Shown: positions 48,232-58,183, numbered from the stretch's first letter. The stretch: 64,000 nucleotides of DNA from Clostridia bacterium (GCA_024404145.1 JAKSQK010000002.1:168646-232645); one strand, 5' to 3'. Numbers and translations: made by a program. Notes: generated by a model from the sequence alone, not told the origin.

Positions 48232-48648
48232 TCAGCATTTTTCGGCAAAATCGAAAATCTTTTCGGGAAGTTCCTGCTCATCGCAAGAAAGTGTGAAAAC
48301 AAATTCAACATCTTCTATTTTTGAAAGTCTTTCAAGGAAATCGGCGAGTTCGCCATAATTGCGAGAGCCGATTCGAAGGGTTGCATCGCCGAAAATATGG
48401 GTAACATCGTTGTTTCCGGCTTTAATACCGGCGAGCATTCCGTAATATTCGCCGTAACCTGATATGTTATAATCGCAAGAGTCTATCAAACGGGCTTTAT
48501 GAGTAACGGTAAAAGTTAAAACATCGCCCTTTTCAATGCAAACAACATTGCCGAGACTTGTCTCTACGGCTGCGTTTAACATTTCAACCAGTTTTTTTGT
48601 TTTTCCTGAACCTTTTTTGCCGATAATGAGTTTAATCATAATCTTCAC
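48232..48648 (-). CDS. small P-loop NTPase-like protein (138 aa), function unknown
   Basis: Walker A IIGKKGSGKTKKL close to the N-terminus. No further motif recognised. Confidence 0.55.
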   Translation of the reverse strand: MKIMIKLIIGKKGSGKTKKLVEMLNAAVETSLGNVVCIEKGDVLTFTVTHKARLIDSCDYNISGYGEYYGMLAGIKAGNNDVTHIFGDATLRIGSRNYGELADFLERLSKIEDVEFVFTLSCDEQELPEKIFDFAEKC

Positions 48649-48774
48649 CTTTTCTTTCTAAGGCACGACTGCGGTTAAAACCTTAAAACGGCGCACCTTT
48701 TATATTTTAAGCGTGATTTTTTTCACGCTTAAAGCCAATTTTACTTGCCGTAAATCAAACGGCGGATTTCAAAA

Positions 48775-50115
48775 TTATTCTGCAAGTCTTGCTTCAAGGG
48801 CGGCTTTTGCGTCCTCGTATCCCGGTTTGCCCAAAAGCGCAAACATATTCTTTTTATAACTTTCAACACCCGGCTGGTCAAACGGATTAACGCCGAGCAT
48901 ATATCCCGAAACGGCACACGCCTTTTCAAAGAAATAAATAAGACGGCCTAGGTTTTCTTCGTCGGCCTTTTCAACCTCAATAACAAGGTTCGGAACTCCG
49001 CCGTCGGTATGGGCGAGAACGGTGCCCTCAAATGCCTTTTCGTTTACAAAAGACATCGGCTTTCCGGCTAAGAAATTCAAGCCATCGCCATTTGAACTTT
49101 CGGTTTCGATAACAACATCGCTTCCGTTATCCTTAATATTTACAACCGTTTCAAACATAATGCGGCTGCCGTCCTGAACGAACTGGCCCATCGAATGAAG
49201 GTCGGTCGAGAAGGTTACACTTGCGGGGAAAAGGCCTTTGTTATCCTTGCCTTCGCTTTCGCCGAACAACTGCTTAAACCACTCTGCCATCATTGTAAAT
49301 CTCGGCTCATAAGAAACGAGAAGTTCTATGGATTTGCCTTTTCTGTAAAAAGCATTTCTCAAAGCGGCATATTTGTAACAGTCGTTCTTTGATAAATCGG
49401 CTACCGAGTAGTCTTTTCTTGCCTCTTGCGCACCCTTCATAAGTTTATCTATATCTGCTCCTGCGGCAGCTATCGGGAGAAGACCTACTGCGGTTAAAAC
49501 GGAAAATCTTCCGCCAACATCATCGGGTATAACAAAGCATTCGTAACCCTTTTCGTCTGCCAACTGCTTTAAGGTGCCTCTCCTCTTATCGGTTGTGCAG
49601 TAAATGCGCTTTGCGGCTTCTGCTTCGCCGTAACGCTCTTCAAGAAGCTTTCTGAAAACCCTGAAAGCAACTGCGGGTTCGGTTGTTGTTCCCGATTTTG
49701 AGATAATATTAACCGAAACTCTCTTGCCTTCGCAGATTTTTAATAAATCAGAAAGACTTGAACCGCTTATGCTGTTTCCGGCAAAATAAATTTCGGGGAC
49801 ATCTTCTCTTAAAGCATTATAATACTGTCCGTTCAAAAATTCGATGGCGGCACGGGCGCCCAAATACGAACCGCCGATACCGATAACAACAAGAACATCG
49901 GTATCCTTGCGGATTTTATCGGCGGCGACTTTGATTCTTTCAAACTCCGCTTTATCGTAGTTTAAGGGAAGGTCAACCCAACCCAAAAAGTCGTTTCCGA
50001 GACCTGTTCTTTTCTCTATCAGTTCATGAGCCGCCATAACCTGAGACTCTAAACCTTTAAGGTCGTTTTCTCTTAAAAAATCTTTTGCAAATGCGCTGTT
50101 AAATGATAATCCCAT
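48775..50115 (-). CDS. pgi: glucose-6-phosphate isomerase
   Basis: [12 protein letters not shown] and SKSGTTTEP motifs. ATG at 50115 preceded by GGAGGAAAAAACAAAA. Confidence 0.92.
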   Translation of the reverse strand: MGLSFNSAFAKDFLRENDLKGLESQVMAAHELIEKRTGLGNDFLGWVDLPLNYDKAEFERIKVAADKIRKDTDVLVVIGIGGSYLGARAAIEFLNGQYYNALREDVPEIYFAGNSISGSSLSDLLKICEGKRVSVNIISKSGTTTEPAVAFRVFRKLLEERYGEAEAAKRIYCTTDKRRGTLKQLADEKGYECFVIPDDVGGRFSVLTAVGLLPIAAAGADIDKLMKGAQEARKDYSVADLSKNDCYKYAALRNAFYRKGKSIELLVSYEPRFTMMAEWFKQLFGESEGKDNKGLFPASVTFSTDLHSMGQFVQDGSRIMFETVVNIKDNGSDVVIETESSNGDGLNFLAGKPMSFVNEKAFEGTVLAHTDGGVPNLVIEVEKADEENLGRLIYFFEKACAVSGYMLGVNPFDQPGVESYKKNMFALLGKPGYEDAKAALEARLAE

Positions 50116-50231
50116 TTTTGTTTTTTCCTCCAAAAGCAACTAAATTGCCTTTTGTTTTTTTCTTCATTTATATTTTACTATATTTTCCTTCTCTTTTCAA
50201 GAGCAAAACTCTTTATTTACAAAAAGTTTAT

Positions 50232-51446
50232 TTATAATTTCATAAGTCCTTTTAATATCCAAAGAAAAGTAACCCCGAATTTGATTTTTTCTATGCTTTC
50301 TTTGGCTTTGATTTCGATTTTTCCTACAAGTTCTTTGTCTATGTAAAGGTCAACCGTTCCGATTAAGTCGTTTTTCTTAACGGGAGCACAAATTTCCTTT
50401 TCAAAATTTATTTTTTGAACGATGCTGTCGGCCTCGCTCTTTCTTAAAAGAATTTTAACCGAACCCGAAGCATCGCCGTAAACCGTTTTCTTTGTTCCGT
50501 TTTTTACGAATGTTATTATTTTTTTTGAGGGCTCAACGCAGGATACTTCTTTAACTAAGTAGTTTGAAAACCCGAAATCAAGCAGTTTTTTCGCCCCCGA
50601 AAATCTTTCGTTTGAGTTTTCTGCACCCATAACGACCGCTATAAATTCCGTATCTTCCCGTTTTGCGGAAGCGCTCAGGCAACAACCCGCTTTCGAGGTT
50701 GTTCCCGTTTTAAGTCCCGTTGTTCCGCTGTAAAATCTTACAAGTTTATTTGTATTTACAAGTTCGCTTTCGCCGTTTCTGAGCGAATCCATCCAAACCG
50801 TTGAATATTTTTTTATAAGCGGATATTTTATGAGTTCGCTCGACATAACCGCAACATCAAAACAGGTTGTAATATGTCCCTTTTCGTCAAGTCCGGTTGA
50901 ATTTTTGAAAACGGTATGCTCCATACCTATTTCTTTCGCCCTGTTGTTCATCTGCCTTACAAATTCTTCTTCGCTTCCGGCAATATGTTCCGCCACGGCA
51001 ACGGTAGCATCGTTTGCCGAACCTATAACTATCGCTTTCAACAGGTCGTCGAGTGTCATACTCTCATTTTCTTTAAGCCAGATTTGCGAACCGCCCATTT
51101 TCGATGCATTCAAACTCGCCGTTATTACCTCTTCGGTTGTTATTTTCTTTTGCTCTATCGCTTCCATTATAAGCAAAAGCGACATAATTTTAGTAATCGA
51201 AGCGGGAGCGCAAATTTGGTTTGAGTTTTGCTCATAAAGAACCGTTTTTGAATACGGCTCCATTAAAATTGCGCTTTTCGCTTTGATTTTAAGGTCGGCG
51301 CCGACCGTCATATCGGCTTTCGTTTCGGCAATCGGCTCATCGGGATTTGAAACATCGCCCTCGCTCGAAACGGTTTTTGCAACGCAAACAGACGATAGTG
51401 CCGTCAAAAACGCCGCCAACAAACATATAAATTTAACTTTCTTCAC
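50232..51446 (-). CDS. serine-type D-Ala-D-Ala carboxypeptidase (PBP5/DacB-like)
   Basis: Signal peptide, SxxK (SITK), SxN (SAND) and KTG (LKTGTT) motifs. Confidence 0.88.
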   Translation of the reverse strand: MKKVKFICLLAAFLTALSSVCVAKTVSSEGDVSNPDEPIAETKADMTVGADLKIKAKSAILMEPYSKTVLYEQNSNQICAPASITKIMSLLLIMEAIEQKKITTEEVITASLNASKMGGSQIWLKENESMTLDDLLKAIVIGSANDATVAVAEHIAGSEEEFVRQMNNRAKEIGMEHTVFKNSTGLDEKGHITTCFDVAVMSSELIKYPLIKKYSTVWMDSLRNGESELVNTNKLVRFYSGTTGLKTGTTSKAGCCLSASAKREDTEFIAVVMGAENSNERFSGAKKLLDFGFSNYLVKEVSCVEPSKKIITFVKNGTKKTVYGDASGSVKILLRKSEADSIVQKINFEKEICAPVKKNDLIGTVDLYIDKELVGKIEIKAKESIEKIKFGVTFLWILKGLMKL

Positions 51447-51496
51447 TTCTGTTCCCCTCTTTCTTTATAAAATATGCAAAAAAGGGGATAAAAATG

Positions 51497-52408
51497 TCAT
51501 AGCAAATACGAAACGGCAAAGGAAAGTGCCATAAGAAAAACGGTTTTTGCAAACGGTTTTTTCGCATTTGTTTTCAGCAAGAGCATTTTTATCGTTTGTC
51601 CGCATACGACACTTTTAATAAGCGCTGATAAGAAAAAAATGAAGTAGGCAAACCCGTCCATTCTGGTATAAAGTTCGCCGATATTTACAACGCTTATGCT
51701 TATGGGGTATGCAAAATCGAGATTTGAAGAAAATTTAAGCCCGAATGTAAAAACGGCACTTAAATAGCATAAAAGTATCATCGCCGAGCCGATTATCTGC
51801 CCGATAATATCTCTTTTCGGCGTTTTTGGGGTAAACGCAAAGCAGGAAAAAAGCGCAAAGATAAACGGAAACAAAAGCGCTTTATAAAGATAAACTCCGC
51901 TTCTTTTTATCACCTTTCCGAAAAACAGTTCTTCAAGGGAAATATCGTTAAAGTTTTCTGCCGAAACGGCGAAAAGGCAAATCATTACAACAACTATGAA
52001 AGCGAAAGAAATAAGCGAAAATTTTGCCAGTGTTTCGTTTGTTTTGCTTATGAAATAAATGCTTATCGCCACAAAGCCCATCAAAATAATAAATTTCGGA
52101 TTTTTAATAAGAACCTCATCGGACATATATTTAACAAAGTTCCTCGAAGTTATGGCGTTTGCGATAACGCAAAGCAAAACCATAATATAGATTATCGCTT
52201 TTGCAAGAGGTTTTTCCGACGAAGCGGAATGTATTTTTTTAGCCAAAAAATACCATAAATAATAGAGCAAAACTCCTGCCGTTAAAGCGAGGATAATCGC
52301 CGAAAGGTCGCCGTTTTTTGCGTTTTTATAGGGGACAAAAAGCGCAATGTTGCCGAAAAGAAATATTGCCGAAAGGCAGATTTTATGCAAAGAATATTCT
52401 TTTCCCAA
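51497..52408 (-). CDS. spore germination receptor B subunit (GerAB-like permease, short)
   Basis: Polytopic membrane protein, last gene of the gerA-type operon. At 303 aa it is shorter than the usual ~360 aa. Confidence 0.6.
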   Translation of the reverse strand: MGKEYSLHKICLSAIFLFGNIALFVPYKNAKNGDLSAIILALTAGVLLYYLWYFLAKKIHSASSEKPLAKAIIYIMVLLCVIANAITSRNFVKYMSDEVLIKNPKFIILMGFVAISIYFISKTNETLAKFSLISFAFIVVVMICLFAVSAENFNDISLEELFFGKVIKRSGVYLYKALLFPFIFALFSCFAFTPKTPKRDIIGQIIGSAMILLCYLSAVFTFGLKFSSNLDFAYPISISVVNIGELYTRMDGFAYFIFFLSALIKSVVCGQTIKMLLLKTNAKKPFAKTVFLMALSFAVSYLL

Positions 52409-52409
52409 A

Positions 52410-53315
52410 TTATATTCCCTGCCTTTCTTTTACGGTTATTTTATCCGTCTTAAAGCCTATTTCTTGCTTTTTTGAAACAAGCAGTTTCTCTGTTTTTTGC
52501 TTAAAAATTTCCGAAAAACGACGGCTTTTATCCTTTATGCAAAGAGAAATTTCATACTTTTTTGTTTTGGGATTAAACTTCGCTTCGCCGCTGCTTATAT
52601 TGGCATATTGGTCGTCTAAATAAATCTTTCCGCCGCCGTTATTGTCGGTTACAAAGGAATACAAAAGCGCTTCCTCATTTGTAAGAAACGACCTTTCCTC
52701 TTTTTTCTTATAAACCGAAAGACCGTCTATAATAATTTTTTTATCGCTGTTTTTTATAAAAGGGAAAGAGTAGTTTTCGCCGTGTTCGTATGCCTTATAA
52801 ATCTCATAAAAGTTGTTTTTGTAATCTATTCCGATTTCCCGCTCGGTTTCCTTAACATTAGCGGCTATATCAAATCCCCTCGAAACCGAAACCGAATCGG
52901 ATTTCTCCAAAAGTTGCGAGGCATTTTCGCAAACAAACATATCGACTGCAAAGTTTAGTTCTTTCAGTTCGTTGCCGTATTTCAAAACCTCGCCTAAGTT
53001 CGTTTTGCTTAGATTTCTGCCGATTATTATAGCGGTACAATGGTCAAAAAGCAGGTTTTTTGTTATTTGGCTGTTCAGAGAAAATACGGCGTCCATAGGC
53101 GTATCGCCCTTTCCGCTTATTATTTCCGATGTCGGCGTTTCACTCCTTTCGCTTCCACCGGCAGTTACGACCTCAACCGAAACATTTATTTTTTCCTCGC
53201 CGTCAAAACCTATCGCCGTTACGATATAACTGCTGTCGGCCTCGGTATAGTCCCCGTTGCCCGTTAGCGAAACGACTATTAAAATCAAAAAAATACAAAT
53301 TGCTTTTTTCTTCAT
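52410..53315 (-). CDS. Ger(x)C-family germination protein
   Basis: N-terminal signal-like segment then YIVTAIGFDGEE, a typical Ger(x)C start. 4-nt overlap with the A subunit gene. Confidence 0.7.
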   Translation of the reverse strand: MKKKAICIFLILIVVSLTGNGDYTEADSSYIVTAIGFDGEEKINVSVEVVTAGGSERSETPTSEIISGKGDTPMDAVFSLNSQITKNLLFDHCTAIIIGRNLSKTNLGEVLKYGNELKELNFAVDMFVCENASQLLEKSDSVSVSRGFDIAANVKETEREIGIDYKNNFYEIYKAYEHGENYSFPFIKNSDKKIIIDGLSVYKKKEERSFLTNEEALLYSFVTDNNGGGKIYLDDQYANISSGEAKFNPKTKKYEISLCIKDKSRRFSEIFKQKTEKLLVSKKQEIGFKTDKITVKERQGI

Positions 53316-54790
53316 TTTTTGCTCCTGTTTCTGACAAGATTTCGGTTAAAAGGCGGCCTTAATCTCATTTTTGTCCACGGCGCTCTTATTACGGTATCTT
53401 TAAGCGCTTGGAAATTGGGGCTTTTAAGCGAAAGCATATATTCTACGCCGACCGATTTCATTGATAATACCGATATAACAAAAACGGCAAAAACTATCAT
53501 AAATCCGTAAAGCCCTAATATTGCACTGGCAATTGCCAGAATAATCCTGAGATAAAAAACGGCGCCTTTAAGACGGGGAATCATAAGTCCCGCAACTGCG
53601 GCAAGGGACACGACTATCAGCATCGGCGCACTCATTATCCTCGCCTCTACCGCCGTTTGCCCTACTACAAGTCCGCCGACTATACTGAGCGCAGAGCCCA
53701 AACTTTGCGGTGTTCTGAGGCCGGTTTCTTTTAGTATTTCAAAAACAAGAATAAGCGCCAAACATTCGGTAATTGACGAAAACGGCACTCCGCTTCTAAG
53801 CTCCGAAACGGTCAGCATAAAAGGTGTCGGCAGAAGCTGAATATGAAAGGTTGAAAGCGCAATAAATATAGCCGGAATGCTTATGCTTAAAAAGAAGCAA
53901 ATATATCTAAGCGCTCTGCCGATACTTGCAATATAAAAATTAAGATAGTAGTCCTCGTCGCTTTGAAAATTCTCGCTGAAAAGATACGGCACGGTCAATA
54001 CTACCGGTGTTCCGTCAACAACAACCGCTATTCTTCCCTCCAAAAGTCTTGCGGCTACAATATCGGGGCGCTCGGTGCTTCCGGTTGTTTTGAAGAGAGA
54101 GGTTTTATTGTCCCTTACAAGTTCGGCAATATAATTCGAGTCCAGAATGCCGTCTATGTCGATTTTTTCCATTCGCTTCTTTATTTCTTCCAAACATTTT
54201 TTGTTGGCAACCGAATCAAGATAAACAAAATAAACGGCAGTTTTTGTTCTTCTGCCGAGGGTTGTTGAGTTTATGCATAGGTCGGGGGTTTGAAGTTTTC
54301 TTCTTATCATGGCAAGATTTAGTATGGCGGCTTCGTCAAAACCCTCTCTCGGGCCCTGTAAAACTCTTTCGTCGCTCGGCTCGTCTATACCTCTTGTCCG
54401 CCAACCTTTGGTATCAACCGTCAGCGCATCGAAAGAGCCGTCTAAAAAGACGGCGGTATCGCCGTTTAGCATCGCCCTTAAAATATCAGAAACTTTTTTT
54501 GTTTTTGATAGTTCACCGGCGTATAAAACTCTTGCCAAAATATAGTCGATGTCAACCTGTCGGGGAGTGTCCTTTGAGGTAACGCAGGGCCTTACAAGCG
54601 AATCGTCAATGCTTGAACCCTCGACCATTCCGTCAAAGAAAAGAAACGCAATTTTTGTTTTGCTTTCGCCGACATTTACAACCCTGATTCTGAGCAGTTC
54701 GTCTTTTTTGAAAATTTCCTTAAAAAGTTCGATGTTTTTTTCTAAACTTTCGTCAACCAAAAGTCCGTCATAATCATTCATATTTTTCAC
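53312..54790 (-). CDS. spore germination receptor A subunit (GerAA/GerKA-like)
   Basis: 492 aa. Soluble N-domain followed by a TM domain. The pattern LQGPREGF.E....N..MIRRKL is typical of the GerA family. Confidence 0.85.
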   Translation of the reverse strand: MKNMNDYDGLLVDESLEKNIELFKEIFKKDELLRIRVVNVGESKTKIAFLFFDGMVEGSSIDDSLVRPCVTSKDTPRQVDIDYILARVLYAGELSKTKKVSDILRAMLNGDTAVFLDGSFDALTVDTKGWRTRGIDEPSDERVLQGPREGFDEAAILNLAMIRRKLQTPDLCINSTTLGRRTKTAVYFVYLDSVANKKCLEEIKKRMEKIDIDGILDSNYIAELVRDNKTSLFKTTGSTERPDIVAARLLEGRIAVVVDGTPVVLTVPYLFSENFQSDEDYYLNFYIASIGRALRYICFFLSISIPAIFIALSTFHIQLLPTPFMLTVSELRSGVPFSSITECLALILVFEILKETGLRTPQSLGSALSIVGGLVVGQTAVEARIMSAPMLIVVSLAAVAGLMIPRLKGAVFYLRIILAIASAILGLYGFMIVFAVFVISVLSMKSVGVEYMLSLKSPNFQALKDTVIRAPWTKMRLRPPFNRNLVRNRSKK

Positions 54791-54829
54791 CGAGTATAGT
54801 TTTTCCGAAAAGTCGGCATATTATCAAAA

Positions 54830-54860
54830 ATAAAAAGCCGAAGGCAACCGCCTTCGGCAA
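54830..54860 (-). terminator. terminator after the Lrp-family gene
   Basis: Minus strand: GCCGAAGGC-ggtt-GCCTTCGGC followed by TTTTTATTTTT. Confidence 0.8.
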
Positions 54861-54865
54861 TAGAT

Positions 54866-55327
54866 TCATTCTTCTGTTTTTTCGCTGAGTATTTTTTCTA
54901 TCCCGACTTCTGTATGAGGTTTAGGCGACGAAAAAGAGATTTGTGTTTCGGTATGTCCAAAGGCGTTGAGTTCGCCTATGAAAGTATCGAGCGACTCGGT
55001 CGAATCAAAAGCAACCTTTAAGTGTTGGGAGTACCTTCCGGTAACACAGTTACATTCAAGAACATTCGGGTGTTCCCTGACAAACGGATAAAAAGTCGGC
55101 TTTTGCTCGGGATTAAGTTCGAGGTTGATAAAAGCGGTTATGGGGAGCCCCACTTTTTTAAGGTCGATTTTAGCGGAATAGCCGATAATTATCCCCTCCC
55201 GTTCAAGTCTTTCGATTCGGGCGGCGGTTGCGGGAGAAGAAAGAAAAACTTTTTCCGCCAAGTTTTTAAGCGGAATTCTTGCGTTCTCCTGCAAAACGGT
55301 TATTATTTTTAAGTCAATAGCGTCCAT
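54866..55327 (-). CDS. Lrp/AsnC-family transcriptional regulator
   Basis: MDAIDLKIITVLQENARIPLKNLAEKV HTH and a RAM-like C-domain. ATG at 55327 preceded by AAGGAGAGG. The ORF-track start at 55501 is over-extended. Confidence 0.85.
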   Translation of the reverse strand: MDAIDLKIITVLQENARIPLKNLAEKVFLSSPATAARIERLEREGIIIGYSAKIDLKKVGLPITAFINLELNPEQKPTFYPFVREHPNVLECNCVTGRYSQHLKVAFDSTESLDTFIGELNAFGHTETQISFSSPKPHTEVGIEKILSEKTEE

Positions 55328-55405
55328 ATCCCTTACCTCTCCTTTTGTTTTGCTAATATTATAAACTCGTTTGCTTTTTTTGTCAAGAAAAGCGTCAAGT
55401 TGCGA

Positions 55406-55434
55406 TTGAAAAAGGCGCAAGAATATGTTATAGT
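55406..55434 (+). promoter_or_regulatory. extended -10 promoter of the SLOG/B12-rSAM operon
   Basis: TTGAAA, 17 nt, (TGt)TATAGT. Confidence 0.5.
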
Positions 55435-55456
55435 AAATATAAGGAGCGATGCGATT

Positions 55457-55969
55457 TTGGAAACGGGTAATAAGTGTTGTTTTACGGGCTACCGTCCCCA
55501 TAAATTTCCCTTTGTGCTCGAAAGCGGAGAAAAGGCGGCAACGGAGTTTGACAACCGTCTGATAAAAGCGATATGCGACCTTGCCGAAAGCGGGGTCAAC
55601 ATATTTTTCAGCGGTATGGCGATGGGATTTGATATAATTTCTGCCGAAGCGGTGCTGTATGTCAGAGCGTTGCGGCCGGATTTCAATATAAAACTGATAG
55701 CCGCCATTCCTTTTGAAAATCAGTCGGCGGGGTTTGGCGAGAAATGGAAATCCCGTTACGATAAAGTTCTATCGGAGTGCGACAGTGTTGTTCTTGTTTC
55801 GGATAGATATTACAGTGGTTGCTATTTTGCGAGAAACAAGTATATGGTTGATAATTCCGATGTTGTTGTCGCCTATTTTGACGGAAAAACCGGCGGTACG
55901 AAAAACACTCTTGCCTATGCCGAGAAACTCGGCAGAGCGATAATAAATCTTTATGACGAGGAGACATAA
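55457..55969 (+). CDS. DUF1273 / YpsA-like SLOG-family protein
   Basis: CCFTGYRPHKF start, SGMAMGFDIISAE, VAYFDGKTGGTKNTLAYA. TTG start sits 10 nt after AAGGAG. The start is uncertain. Confidence 0.7.
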   Translation: METGNKCCFTGYRPHKFPFVLESGEKAATEFDNRLIKAICDLAESGVNIFFSGMAMGFDIISAEAVLYVRALRPDFNIKLIAAIPFENQSAGFGEKWKSRYDKVLSECDSVVLVSDRYYSGCYFARNKYMVDNSDVVVAYFDGKTGGTKNTLAYAEKLGRAIINLYDEET

Positions 55970-55970
55970 A

Positions 55971-57686
55971 ATGACCGATGTATTATTTGTAACTTCAAAC
56001 ATACCGAAGTTTTCCCTGCGTCTTAACAACGATTCTCTGCTTTTGGCAACGATACTCGAAAACGCCGGAACAACTGTTAAAACTATAAGTTTCGGCGATG
56101 TTTACGACGGCGATTATTCGGAATTTGTTAAAAAACTTACGAAAGCCATCATTGAAACGGGTTGCAAAATGGTAATCTTTCAGGCATATTTCTTATCTCT
56201 GCCGGAATCGTTAAGAATTGCCGAAGAATTAAAGAAATCTGCCCCCGAAATTCCGAATTTGTTTTTCGGCGAAGAGGCAACGAATCAAGGAAAAGGGTTG
56301 CTCGAGCGAATGCCGATGATAGACTACCTTTATATAGGTGAGCCGGAATCGGTTATAGTAGATATTGTTAAAGGAATTATTAGAAAAGATACCTCTTTGC
56401 TCGGCAAAATCAACTATCTTTTTTACAAAGGCAAAGATTTATCGGCTTTTGACCCGCTTTCAAACGAAAATATTGCCGATGTCAATTCTCTGCCGACCGT
56501 ATCCGAGAAGTATTTTGTTTCGGAGGACGGCAAAACCATCAGCCCTTATATAAATATAGAAATCGGCAGAGGTTGTCCCTACCGTTGTACCTACTGTAAC
56601 ATCTGCACTTCGAGGGGCAGGAAATACCGCTTGGTTTCTCCCGAAAAATTTGTTGAAATAATAAAGCATTATACCGACCTCGGTTGCAAAAACTTCAATA
56701 TTCCGCACGATTCTCTTTTTGTTAATAAGCAAAAGGTTTTTGAGCTTTTCGATGCGATAGAAAAGAGCGGAATAAAGGCGAACTTTATTGCCGGCGGAAG
56801 AGTTGATAATGTTGACGAAGCTTTGATAGACAAGCTTGTAGACTGCGGTGTAAATTATATGTTTTTCGGGGTAGAAACGGGCTCTTTGAGAATGCAGCAG
56901 TTAATAAACAAAAAACTCGATTTAGATATGGCGCTCAAAAAATTCGATTATGTTTTGAAAAAGAACATAAAGCTCGAATGTTTCTTTATGTACGGGTTTC
57001 CCGAAGAAACCGAAGAAGATCTGAAAATGACGGTAAATATGATGATAGACCTGTTATATAAAGGTGCCATGGTTCGGTTTACGATGTGTCATTTTTCAAC
57101 AAATTCAATTCTATATAAGGAATATTTCGACCGTCTTGTTTTTCCGGGCGACTTCTATGAAGTTGAAAAAATGCAACTTGCCGACAGCAGCGAAGCCAAG
57201 TTTATTTCGGAAAATAAAGAAACCTTTGCAAACCTCTATAATCTTAAAACTCCTCTCAGAATGCGGTTTAATTATTTGAGTTTCTTTTTCCATCTGTTTT
57301 CCGATTATCCAAATACTTTTTTTGCAATGCGCGGTAAATACGGCAAAGAAAATATTCTCAATATTTATCATGATTTTATAGCGCAAAACAACAATTTCAG
57401 CGCCTTTTCTCCACAGCAACTTTACTATATGAGCATAAAAGGCGGTCCCTTTGTTGCCGAGTTTATAAATTCTTTCGGCGATACGAAAGAAGATACGGCG
57501 ATAAAGAGTATCTTTGAGTTTGAAAACGATATAAAAAAGATAAAAAAAGGCGAAACAATAATGAAAACCTATTCTTTCGATTACGAAGCGCTTAAAGCAA
57601 AATCGGATTTTGATACCGTTAAAGCCAAGAGTTCAAACCTGCTTATATATAGGCAGAAAGGCAAAATTTCGATAAGCGTTATATAA
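55971..57686 (+). CDS. B12-binding-domain radical SAM protein
   Basis: N-terminal Rossmann-like B12-type domain, radical SAM CPYRCTYC. ATG lies 1 nt after the upstream stop and is preceded by GAGGAGACATAAA. Confidence 0.75.
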   Translation: MTDVLFVTSNIPKFSLRLNNDSLLLATILENAGTTVKTISFGDVYDGDYSEFVKKLTKAIIETGCKMVIFQAYFLSLPESLRIAEELKKSAPEIPNLFFGEEATNQGKGLLERMPMIDYLYIGEPESVIVDIVKGIIRKDTSLLGKINYLFYKGKDLSAFDPLSNENIADVNSLPTVSEKYFVSEDGKTISPYINIEIGRGCPYRCTYCNICTSRGRKYRLVSPEKFVEIIKHYTDLGCKNFNIPHDSLFVNKQKVFELFDAIEKSGIKANFIAGGRVDNVDEALIDKLVDCGVNYMFFGVETGSLRMQQLINKKLDLDMALKKFDYVLKKNIKLECFFMYGFPEETEEDLKMTVNMMIDLLYKGAMVRFTMCHFSTNSILYKEYFDRLVFPGDFYEVEKMQLADSSEAKFISENKETFANLYNLKTPLRMRFNYLSFFFHLFSDYPNTFFAMRGKYGKENILNIYHDFIAQNNNFSAFSPQQLYYMSIKGGPFVAEFINSFGDTKEDTAIKSIFEFENDIKKIKKGETIMKTYSFDYEALKAKSDFDTVKAKSSNLLIYRQKGKISISVI

Positions 57687-57690
57687 AAAC

Positions 57691-57720
57691 AAAAAATCTC
57701 GTCATTGACGAGATTTTTTT
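57691..57720. terminator. bidirectional terminator shared by the convergent operons
   Basis: AAAAAATCTCGTC-att-GACGAGATTTTTTT. It overlaps the last codons of the peptidase gene. Confidence 0.8.
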
Positions 57721-58175
57721 ATTTTTGCTTTTAATTTTCTTAAATTTTTCGTTACCGCTTTTCTCCAAACCTTTCTTATGGGGAAAGAACAATAGTTGAT
57801 AAAGGTATAGAATTTATAAAGCGCCGAAGGGTTTTCGCAGTTTATTAAATGCTTTTTGTTTCGGTAAATTTCTTTGAGAACACCTATTACCCGCTCTTTG
57901 GCTATTGTTTCGGTGCTTATCAGGTTGTCGCCTCTGAAAATATAGTCAGTATCTGTTTCTTTGATTATTCGGTGCAAAACCAAATTTCCTTTTTTGGCTC
58001 TGTAAAGCGCAACATCGAATTTTTTAAGCGGTCTTTCCGCCTTTACAACACGGGCAATATCCTTGCCTTCACGCAAAAGCGGACGCATACTTATTCCAAC
58101 GGTAAGCGATAAATACTCGCCGTTTTTTTCAATTTGTTCCTCGGCAGATAGTTTTTTATTGTCCATATTCTTCAA
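57702..58175 (-). CDS. S24/S26-family (SipW-type) serine peptidase without N-terminal membrane anchor
   Basis: GISMRPLL (Ser nucleophile box), LHRII (His/Lys box), FRGDNL box. Hydrophilic N-terminus and a basic amphipathic C-tail. Start is TTG 58175 or ATG 58166. Confidence 0.65.
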   Translation of the reverse strand: MKNMDNKKLSAEEQIEKNGEYLSLTVGISMRPLLREGKDIARVVKAERPLKKFDVALYRAKKGNLVLHRIIKETDTDYIFRGDNLISTETIAKERVIGVLKEIYRNKKHLINCENPSALYKFYTFINYCSFPIRKVWRKAVTKNLRKLKAKIKKSRQ

Positions 58176-58183
58176 CCGTAAAA

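Noticed and set aside
54791-54865. Forespore sigma-G/sigma-F promoter upstream of the gerA-type operon
   Set aside because: Only weak resemblance (..GATAAT..CTATACT..) to the consensus, and the spacing could not be made convincing.
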